Shown piece by piece: positions 1 through 8,004 of a DNA stretch of 8,004 nucleotides. Both the position numbers and the translations under genes were made by a program. Source of the stretch: Paraspadella gotoi (Eukaryota; Animalia; Chaetognatha); NCBI GenBank assembly GCA_051294375.1, contig JBJCIZ010000937.1, forward strand, positions 1 through 8,004. Direction: 5' to 3'. The number at the start of each line of letters is the position of its first letter. Positions within the stretch are counted from its first letter, which is position 1. The notes below the pieces were generated by a model. The model made no database searches, was not told where the DNA came from, and saw nothing but the letters and a program-made list of their open reading frames with translations.

Positions 1-425
1 CAAGTCTGCAAGACAGCAAGTGTGCATTGTGCAAGTTTGCATGACTGCAATCTTATGAATGTCAAGCGAAACGACAAACGACAAAGAACAAACGACATTC
101 TTGAAGTAATCAATAATTTTCGCTATTTCAAAAAGATACTTTTTAGCATCTCACAAAACTAATAAAATTTTCACGTCAGCCAAATTTACTCAATTTTTTT
201 GGTGAAAAGTATCTTAAAATTGAAATATCTCCTAAAACATCTTTACTAATATCTCCTAAATCTATAATATCTAAATTGTAATATCTTCTAAAATTTATTT
301 GTATATTTGTTATACTTCGGATTGTTTCTATCTGTTTAAATTCTAATTCACGATTTCTAAATTTACAAATAATTTATAATAATTTACAATAATTCATTTT
401 ATTTGTACTGTTATAAACCTCAAAA
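1..425 (+). repeat. Direct repeat copy 1 (partner at 4881-5314), cut by the window start and by the N gap
   Basis: caagtctgcaagacagcaagtgtgcattgtg...aaacctcaaaa aligns colinearly with 4881-5314. Differences are mostly single-base homopolymer indels, e.g. ctatttcaaaaagatac vs ctattttcaaaaaagatac. Confidence 0.97.
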
Positions 426-450
426 NNNNNNNNNNNNNNNNNNNNNNNNN
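426..450. other. Assembly gap (25 N)
   Basis: Run of 25 N seen directly. Confidence 0.99.
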
Positions 451-2400
451 TGCCATCACTATTGGTAACGAGAAGCTTCAGCCAATTTTTAACGAACCGC
501 ATCCTGAAGGAGGAGCAGGCTCTGTAAGAGAGAGATGGGTCTCGAACGTGGGAAACCGCATGCGTTTACGTGGACAACGGCAGGAATTGCATCTCCCTGA
601 TCGAAATCGAAAGCAATGGGGATTTCGACATCCTGGACGAAGAGTCCGAAGCTGCCGTGCCCAAACTTCGATCACTTCACCAACATGGTGCAATCAGCGA
701 ACAAAGGTCACTTCAGGACTTGATTTTGCCTCGAAAGTCCAAGCTCAAGGTTCATCGGGGAACCTTCGCGACGACCAGGGTTCCTGATACGCCACTTTGC
801 GCGCAAGTTTGCTGAGTGAGACGCAAGCAGTTTATCGGAAGAAACAACGACGCGTGCATCAGGGACTCGAGTTTCTCCATGAATCGACAGCAATGAACAA
901 AGTTCGTCCGCGACCTGTTCGAATCGTCGGCAACTAACGGCCCGCTCAGACCAAAAAAGTCCTTTGGAGATGCGCGAAGCACCAAGGCTAAACCCTCTAA
1001 TTAAATTTTTCATTTCTGGTCGATCCAATTTTCGCCAAGCAGCTGAAATCAAGCTGATGGAGAAGCTTAGTTGCAAGGCGGAACTCACTTTGTCCGTTTG
1101 CATTAAGCCCAATCCGCACATGATCAGGCGGGCGATTCGAAGGGGCGCAGATTCTATCCGCAGCTGCAGTGCTCGGGCATGGCGTGCCGTTTTTTGGATC
1201 TCATGCAGCCAAGGTTATCGCGTCCCGCGCGCCATTTCAAGACCGTTTAAACAACAAAGTACAAGGCATCATGCCAAAGAAGCTGCTCAGTTTGGATGCC
1301 TGCGTATGTTTTGCAAGGCGTTGTTCAAAGCTCTCGGTCTCAACGAACGTCGACTTCAAGTTCTGTGCTCTATCAAGAGGCCTTCTGTTCGAGTCTCGGT
1401 TGGAATATTTGCAGGCGGTAAATTTCGATCTACCGCTGCAGTCGAGAGGATTCCGGATTGCAACGTACACCTTGATATATGGAGCTTGCGGGATATTCTG
1501 TTGCAACGTGAGTGGAGGCTGCTTGTCTTCCGGCGGTGCCATCAGATGGCGCAAAGAGCACGCTGGGGAGGTTCTGCCACAGCTAGAAGGCAGAGACACA
1601 GAGGCGAGACTCCTAATAGCGGCGGCCGGGAAATGTCGTCATCTGGCAGAGGACAGCGCTCTTCGAGCATGTTCTCAGGAGGAGCATCGGTCAGACCTCG
1701 CACTCATTCGCTTGTGCGAAGGGGGTTCATATACTGACCGTCAAGAGTCTGCTCTTGTGGCGAATCATGCATCTGGGAAGATATCTGGAGATGGAGCGCT
1801 GAGGCTCGTCGATCTGGTCTGTCATATGGCGGCTAATAGTAGGCTGAAGGGCGAGCGGCACATGCATCGAGCAGCAGTTCACCGGACAGTCGCCGAGTTG
1901 CCGATGTTAGGGGAGGGACGATTTTTCTTTGCGTTTGCTGGGACCATGGCGGCAGGAAGTATGTCGAGGTTTGGTAGGGTGTGACATGGGTAGGAGTTGG
2001 ATCGGGTCAGAGGTTTAGTTGCACAGTCGTGAGGATTGGCGAGTCGTTGCGAGATAATCAGAGTGCACAATTCATCGCATAAAATTCCGAATGTATTCAT
2101 ATTTGATTTTTCATGAGTAGTAGTGGGGAGTGATTATTTAAGGGTGTTTAGGTGTGATGAAGGTTCGAGCCGTGACTGAGAGAGATGTTCGCGTTTGATG
2201 GATAGGGTGAAGCCGAGACTTGCAGTTGTATTTTAGGTTATTGGGTATACGTAGCAATGGGTCATAGGTATTTAGAAGCCTTGCATAATATCGTCTTGCA
2301 GCGAGGGTGCGACACGCGGCGCTGTAAACTCGGATCGCTTCGGTGCCGACGTCCATGGACGTTTCACAAATCCGTGACTCGTATTCGCGGCGGAGCCGCA
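451..2400 (+). pseudogene. Frameshifted intronless coding-like block; candidate endogenous viral element (negative-strand RNA virus L/RdRp fragment, Bunyaviricetes-like)
   Basis: About half G+C by eye, against very AT-rich flanks. Staggered + strand open frames (453-815 with one stop, 964-1737, 1169-1984) can be joined into protein-like text: PSLLVTRSFSQFLTNRILK...GDFDILDEESEAAVPKLRSL...RLNPLIKFFISGRSNFRQAAEIKLMEKLSCK...PNPHMIRR...LEYLQAVNFDLPLQSRGFRIATYTLIYG...ASGKISGDGALRLVDLV...VTWVGVGSGQRFSCTVVRIG. Order and texture recall the post-palm to cap-binding region of bunyaviral L. No catalytic motif is visible and the right boundary is approximate. Confidence 0.35.
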
Positions 2401-2634
2401 AAGAGGATCCGTGACCCACCATTTTCGAAAAATTTCGCAAACCGTGACCCTGGAAGGATCTCAAAAGATTCCCGCGTGGTGAGAATAGAGAAGGTGAGTG
2501 CGTGGGAAATTAGAAAAACCCATAAAGAGCCTTCCATTTTAACTATCTAGTAAGATTGTCAATAGTTAAATAAACTAAGAAAATTTAGAATTTATTTTTA
2601 ATTCATAAAATTGACAAATGTTCTAATTATAGTT

Positions 2635-2655
2635 AAAAAAAAACTATAAATAAAA
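2635..2655 (-). terminator. RNA polymerase III oligo-T terminator of the tRNA
   Basis: On the minus strand a T4 (2652-2655) and a T9 (2635-2643) lie directly 3' of the tRNA. Confidence 0.65.
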
Positions 2656-2656
2656 C

Positions 2657-2729
2657 TACCCCGTGGACTCGAAACCACAATCCTTGCCTTAGGAGGCCAA
2701 TGCCCTTATCCATTAGGGCCACGAAGGGC
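2657..2729 (-). tRNA. tRNA-Arg (anticodon CCT), degenerate: pseudogene or error-containing copy
   Basis: Reverse complement GCCCTTCGTGGCCCTAATGGATAAGGGCATTGGCCTCCTAAGGCAAGGATTGTGGTTTCGAGTCCACGGGGTA closely follows animal tRNA-Arg(CCT). It has D-loop TAATGGATAA, anticodon loop CTCCTAA (CCT at 2691-2693) and T-loop TTCGAGT. Acceptor, anticodon and T stems contain indels or mismatches. Confidence 0.9.
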
Positions 2730-2948
2730 TCTGGGACCAATTATCGGTTTATTGTCTTTTATAATAATTTTTATATATAGAGGAGATGTTTTTTTTTTAT
2801 CCTTATTTATTGATGTTTTTTTTCTTCGTTTTTTAAAATATTGAGACTAGATATTAAATCTGATAGACAATAACATTTTATTATTTACTATTTATTTAAT
2901 TCTTTACTACACACAAGTTACCGTTTAAACTCCCCTTTCTCCCTTCAG

Positions 2949-3167
2949 ACCCACCTACACCTTCTCTTCCTCCTCGGAACTCCGGTGGATTCCTCCAAAC
3001 CTCTTCTACCCGCACACCCGCCCTGTTCCTCCGGAGCTGAAGGAGGCCGTCGTTGTGACGACCTCGTGAGGAGTACAGGAAGGTGTGCCGTTGGATCCTC
3101 GAAGACGCGACAAGAAGCCGGTTTTGAGGAGAAATATATTTGCTCGTCTACGGGAGAGAAGCCTTGA
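2949..3167 (+). CDS. Probable terminal coding exon of a juvenile hormone acid O-methyltransferase-like (JHAMT-like) SAM methyltransferase, with several apparent frameshifts
   Basis: Polypyrimidine tract plus acceptor (ctcccctttctcccttcAG, AG at 2947-2948) opens a GC-rich island. Frame-hopping gives PTYTFSSSSELR..FLQTS..PVPPELKEAVV.DDLV.EEYRKVCRWILEDA..GFEEKY..LVYGEKP* (TGA 3165-3167). This resembles the JHAMT-family C-terminus as I recall it (..P.ELKE.F.DD.V.E......Y.LLVVYA.KP). Family call is from memory. Confidence 0.5.
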   Translation, partial: THLHLLFLLGTPVDSSKPLLPAHPPCSSGAEGGRRCDDLVRSTGRCAVGSSKTRQEAGFEEKYICSSTGEKP

Positions 3168-3428
3168 GAAAGGCTCTGCGATGCCGATTCGGCGGGCGGC
3201 CGGGGGGCGGGGGTGGATTTTGTCACGTTGGTTCAAAACTGATTTCCTTTTCTTAATTTTTTAAAAATTGCGTAGCATTGTCAACATTTTAATAACGAAT
3301 AGTTTCGCGACAATGAAGGACTTCATGTGATTTTATAAATAATTTTTCATTAATAATGAAATTGAACTTTATAATTGTTGTTTGCCTTATATTAATTTAA
3401 AATAGAGCATCAGTCGGTTTATGAAGCC

Positions 3429-3476
3429 CAATCAAATCAATCAAATCAATCAATCAATCAAATCAATTAAATCAAA
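3429..3476. repeat. (AATCA/AATC)n microsatellite
   Basis: caatcaaatcaatcaaatcaatcaatcaatcaaatcaattaaatcaaa. Confidence 0.92.
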
Positions 3477-3974
3477 GCGATGAATTTAGTTTTCGAGACT
3501 CCCTCCGAGATTTAAGGGCCAATGATTTGCTGTGCGTGTCTGTTCATTTAGGTTCGACCTGGTTGGTCACGTGGTCCATGTCAACTTTGCAACGAGATCT
3601 GATTCTGACTCACAAATTTCTGATGACTGATTTCTTGCAGTCATGAAAACGAGCGACTTGTTTGTTGCAATTTTCTTCATACCAACTATAATAAAGATAC
3701 CAATATAAAATTATCCATTCATTTAATAAATAAGCGATTTTTGGTTCTCACTTTGGACAGGATTTGGTGGTTTAAGGCCTCCATCACTCTTACTAGATAA
3801 TGACACTAGCAGCGGTTAAGCAATAGCCTTTCAATCAAGACTCTCTCACAGTCTCGTTTATTCACTCCCAGAGTACCTGGCTTCCCTAGTTAATGAATGG
3901 TCATAATGTTCTAATAGTATAAAAGAACCACTTCTTTAAGTATTATGTATTATGTATAGAACTATTTCCCTATA

Positions 3975-4117
3975 TTTTCTTCTTTTGTCGTTCCTTTTCT
4001 TTTTCTACCCTTTCTCTTCATCTCTATTTTATTTTTTCCTTCTTCTTCTTTTTTTCTCCGCTTTCTTCTTTTTCTTTCTTCTTCTTTTTTTTCTTTCTCT
4101 CTCTCCCTATTTTTCTC
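3975..4117. repeat. Polypyrimidine (T/C) low-complexity tract
   Basis: Almost only T and C, with TTC/CTT and CT runs. Confidence 0.9.
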
Positions 4118-4151
4118 GATCGGAACCCAAAAGGCGTCCAAGCAGCCACAC

Positions 4152-4204
4152 CGACGACGACGACGAAACGACGACGAACGACAGACGACGAAACGAACGA
4201 CGAC
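4152..4204. repeat. Imperfect (GAC)n trinucleotide repeat
   Basis: cgacgacgacgacgaaacgacgacgaacgacagacgacgaaacgaacgacgac. Confidence 0.9.
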
Positions 4205-4880
4205 CGTTATGTCCGTCGCTGAGAGGACGAACGACGATGTGGAAGAGGATCAAAGAGGAGAGGAGGAGAGGAAGAGAGGAAGAAAGAAACCGACGAAATC
4301 GAAAAAAGATTTCGTTCGTCAAATAAACTCGAAGGAGAAAAAAAAAGAAGGAATGGAATTTTTGAGTTTGACGTCGAACATTTTTATTTTTAGAGTTTTC
4401 AAAATGGAACCAAAAAAAGTGATAATCGCGGGGAAAAGTCGAATCGAATCAATAAATGACAAAATCGATTTTTTAAATTTATTTATTTTGTTCGATCATT
4501 TTTAAAATATTAAGTAAAAAAACAAAAAAAAACAAAAACGGAACGGAAATGTGCTCCTTGAAAATTAGAATGGTTTGGAATGGAAATTAAAAATTAAAAA
4601 TGTTGAAGAATTGACCTTTTAAAGGTAGTTTTAATTGAAGAATTTACTATAAAAATCGTTAAAAATTCAATGATTTAATACGTTTTACTCTAGTTTTTTG
4701 CTTATTTTAACGTTATTCATTTTTTTGTTTTATCATATTTCTTTTTCACTTTTCATTACGAACTTTCCGTTTTCAACCTTTCATTCATTTTTATTTATTT
4801 AGTTTATTCAAATCTTCATTTGCTTTTTCCTGAATTTTTGCTTCTTCGTTACGCAAGTCTGAAACCAGCAGTGTCATTGT

Positions 4881-5314
4881 CAAGTCTGCAGACAGCAAGT
4901 GTGCATTGTGCAAGTTTTGCATGACTGCATATCTTTATGAATGTCAAGCAGAAACGACAAACGACAAAGAACAAACGACATTCTTGAAGTAATCAATAAT
5001 TTTCGCTATTTTCAAAAAAGATACTTTTAGCAAATTCACAAACTAATAAAATTTTCCACGTAAGCCAAATTTACTCAATTTTTTTTTGGTAAAAGTATCT
5101 TAAAATTGAATATCTCCTAAAACATCTTACTAATATCTCCTAAATCTATAATATTAAATTGTAATATCTTTCTAAAATTTATTTGTATATTTGTTATACT
5201 TCGGATGTTTCTATCTGTTTAAATTCTAATTCACGATTTATAAATTTACAAATAATTTTAAAATATTTACAATAATTCATTTTATTTGCTACCTGTTTAA
5301 TTAAAACCTCAAAA
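4881..5314 (+). repeat. Direct repeat copy 2 (partner at 1-425)
   Basis: caagtctgcagacagcaagtgtgcattgtg...aaaacctcaaaa is colinear with 1-425 and continues into unique sequence where copy 1 meets the gap. Confidence 0.97.
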
Positions 5315-6089
5315 AGTAAAAATTCAGTCTTTCCTTTTCCATCATCTATTTTTTCCCTCCTTTTTAATTTCTAAGCTTTCATAATTTCCTCGTCTCACCG
5401 TAACCCTTGCACGTTGATAATGTTACGAATCTTCCTTTCTGTGAATTGTGTGAGACTCGAAAAAGAGTTTTGGGTGAACTTTTCTTTAGAGGGCAGGTTT
5501 TGTCGGACCGAGAAATTAAAATCTTTTGTGAGAGAAGAAGGGCTTTTCGAAAAAAGGCGGGGAGGGGGGGCGGTGTGAAAAACGAGTATGGGAAAATTAG
5601 CTTAAGAAATGAAGATTTTTTTACGGTTATATACGCTACGACTGTATTATTTTTTTTATATTAGGGATATGTTTTGAAAAAAATTTAAATGAAAAGCTTA
5701 ACGTGGGATTTAATGAATCATATTTTATCGAAACTTTCTCATTTGTGTAATTTACTCTCTTTTCGTGTTCCAATAAGATCAGAGATCGAAAACGAAAGTT
5801 TTTAGTATTTTTCAACGAACATTTTTACAAAAGTAATTGGACATATTTCCGAATCTTGTTTTTCGCGAGTCCTGATGAAGACTAAAAATACTAAATAACT
5901 TACGTTTTTCGAAGTCTTGCTGAATCGAATTTGTATCAATTTATTCATTCTATTTTGTTGATGATTTATCACATTTTATCAAGGATGAAAGTGCATCGCA
6001 TCTTATAGAGCATCATATTGTGAAGTTTCAACAAACTTTCACACGGCTTCACTGAATTAACTCTGGCAGCGAAGTTCGTTAAAACTGAA

Positions 6090-6185
6090 TCTCTCTCTCT
6101 CTCTCTCTCTTCTCTCTCTTCTCTCTCTCTCTCTCTCTCCTCTCTCTCTCCTCTCTTCTACTCTCTTTCCTAATCCTCTCTCTCC
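6090..6185. repeat. (CT)n microsatellite grading into a T/C-rich tract to ~6310
   Basis: tctctctctctctctctctc... with occasional interruptions. Confidence 0.95.
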
Positions 6186-6313
6186 CCTTTTTTTCCGCCC
6201 TTTCTTTCCTCACTGTTATATTTTTCTTTTTTCCATTTTTTTTCTCTCCTTCGAGTTTTTGTTTTTGAAAATCTCTCCAACAACTTGTCAAATTTTTTTC
6301 TTTTCTCGCTCGA

Positions 6314-6812
6314 AGGAAAGTGAGATGAAAAAAAGGAAAGTGAACTTAAGAGGAGAAAGTAAAAGAGAGAAGTTTAAAAGAAGAGAAAGTTTAAAGAAGA
6401 GAAAGTTAAAAAGAAGAAAGAAGTAAGAAGAGAATGTTAAAAGACAGGAGAAGTTTAAGAAGAGAAAGTTAAAGAAGGAGAAAGTAAAAGGAAAGAAAGA
6501 AGTAAACGAAGGAGAAAAGTTAAAAGAGAAAGAAGTAAATTGAAGGGAAGTCAACAATCTCTTTCAAAGGAAAAAATGAAACGTGAGTCAAACGAAGAAA
6601 AGAAAAAGGGAGGTGAGAAATGGAGAAAAGCGAGTGATAGAAGGAAGGGAGAAATGGGAGGAAAGGAAAGGAAGGTAGATAAGAGAGGAAAGGAGAGGAA
6701 ATGGGAGGAAAGGGAGGAAAGGAAAGGAAGGTAGATAAGAGAGGAAAGGAAAATTGAATGCGAGGAAAGGGAGAAAATGAGAAGAAAAGGTGCTGAGGGA
6801 AAAGAAAGGAAG
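6314..6812. repeat. Polypurine (A/G) low-complexity tract with internal degenerate tandem units
   Basis: Recurrent ~15-17 bp units like gaagagaaagttaaa (6345-6545). A 39-bp duplicate gggaggaaaggaaaggaaggtagataagagaggaaagga sits at 6656-6694 and 6712-6750. Confidence 0.9.
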
Positions 6813-7282
6813 ATCGGGTGAGTAAGACGAAATAGGGTGTGAACTCGATATCGAATCAAACGCCTTATGGTGTTCTTACAGGGTGAGTGAATTGATGAGT
6901 CTGATCTCAGTTTTTTCTCCGTTGCCTCCTTTCCTTACTTTCATTTCCTAAACTTACTTCGCCCTTACCTTCGTATCGCGATGCTTCCTCGATCTACCAA
7001 CCCACCGACGACTTAACTTACCAAACATTACCTCCAGCCTCTCAGCCTTTCTACCTTCGGCACCCATCGTTAGATCACTCGACGTGCCTCACCCTAACTT
7101 ACCTCCTCCCCTTACCACGCGACCTCCACGTGTCCCGCACGCGTCAATCCACTTCCGGTGGCGCGAAAAATATTCCCGGGCGACGACAATGGAATCGAGA
7201 GCCAACGAGTATCGATTGCAGATGGAAGAGAAAAAATAAAATCTCCTGAAGGCGAAGAGAGAGAATTGAAAACGGATTGAAC

Positions 7283-8004
7283 GTGAAAAGGGACAGACCG
7301 ACAGACCGACTAGGAAAGCGGCATGGAAAAGGACAGACCGACAAGGAAGGCGACTTGGAAAAAGACCAGACCGACAATGAGAGCGGCGACATGGAAAAGA
7401 CCACAGACCGACCAATGAAAAGCTGACTGTTGAAAAGGACAGGGCCTCACCAAGGAAAGGCGGCAAGGAAAAGGACAGACCGACAAGGAAGGCGACCTTT
7501 GGAAAAGGAACAGACCGACATGAAAAGCGACTCAAAAAGGACTAGCCGACAAGGAAAAAGACAGACCGACAAGCGAAGAGGCATAAAAGGAACAGACCGA
7601 CAAGGAAGGCCGGACTTGGAAAAGGGACAGACACCGACAAAGGAAGGCGACTTGGAAGAGGACAGACGCGACAGATGAAGGCGACATGGAAAGGACAAGA
7701 CGACAATGAAAAAGCGACACGGAAAGGAAGCGACACGTGAAAACAGCAATGGAAAAAGCAGACACCCGAACTAAGGGAAGGCCGCACTTGAGAAAAGGAA
7801 CAGATCCGACAAAGAGAAGGTAACCATGGAAAAGGGACACACTGACAATGAAAGCGAGCACGGAAAAGGACAAGCCGACACGGGGAAGCAGCATGGAAAA
7901 GGACAGACCGACAAGGGAGGCGACTTGGAAAAGGACAGACCGACAAGGAAGGTAACATGGAAAGGGACAAACCGACAATGAAAGCGACACGGAAAAGGAC
8001 AGAC
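7283..8004 (+). repeat. Minisatellite, 32-33 bp unit, about 22 degenerate copies, running off the window end
   Basis: Consensus (A/T)TGGAAAAG(G)GACAGACCGACAA(GGAAGG/TGAAAG)CGAC. Clean copies at 7893-7924, 7925-7956 and 7957-7988. Confidence 0.96.

Noticed and set aside
478-2464. Minus-strand ORFs within the GC-richer block as separate genes
   Set aside because: Short, with no recognisable motifs; best explained as antisense shadows of the + strand coding-like sequence.
2544-3799. 12-bp inverted pair tatctagtaaga (2544-2555) and tcttactagata (3788-3799) as transposon TIRs around the tRNA and exon
   Set aside because: A 12-bp AT-rich inverted match is expected by chance in 8 kb, does not extend, and has no target-site duplication.
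3952-4505. ORFs 3952..4326, 4107..4322 and 4209..4505 (F/L/S-rich or R/E/K-rich)
   Set aside because: By-products of T/C, GAC and A/G low-complexity tracts that lack stop codons.
1-5314. The two 430-bp repeats as LTRs of a retrotransposon
   Set aside because: Copy 1 ends at an assembly gap; there are no TG...CA termini, PBS, PPT or gag-pol; and the interior holds a host-like exon and a tRNA.
6079-6859. ORFs over the CT and AG tracts, including apparent hydrophobic membrane peptides
   Set aside because: Translations of simple-sequence DNA; no independent coding evidence.
6810-6890. GTGAGT splice-donor-like motifs at ~6818 and ~6883
   Set aside because: No supportable exon frame or acceptor could be assigned from sequence alone.
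7089-7990. Minus-strand C/R/S/V/F-rich ORFs
   Set aside because: Antisense shadows of the purine-rich minisatellite.
7283-8004. CRISPR-like array (repeat of ~32 bp)
   Set aside because: Units are head-to-tail with no unique spacers, there are no cas genes, and the context is eukaryotic.

Overview
Eukaryotic genomic scaffold sequence, probably from an arthropod; it is not a prokaryotic operon. It is AT-rich, rich in simple repeats, and appears to carry many 1-nt indel (long-read-type) errors. Bases 1-425 recur at 4881-5314, and the first copy ends exactly at a 25-N gap (426-450), which suggests an overfilled-gap or overlap artefact. After the gap lies a ~1.95 kb intronless, GC-richer, frameshifted + strand coding-like block (451-~2400). 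It weakly resembles the post-palm and C-terminal part of a bunyavirus-type L polymerase and is a candidate endogenous viral element. It is followed by a degenerate minus-strand tRNA-Arg(CCT) (2657-2729) and a frameshifted exon resembling the C-terminus of a juvenile hormone acid O-methyltransferase-like protein (2949-3167). The rest holds several microsatellite and low-complexity tracts and a 32-33 bp minisatellite (7283-8004) that may encode an 11-aa acidic repeat. Protein-family calls rest on remembered similarity only and need database confirmation. I see no evidence of a complete novel multi-gene system.
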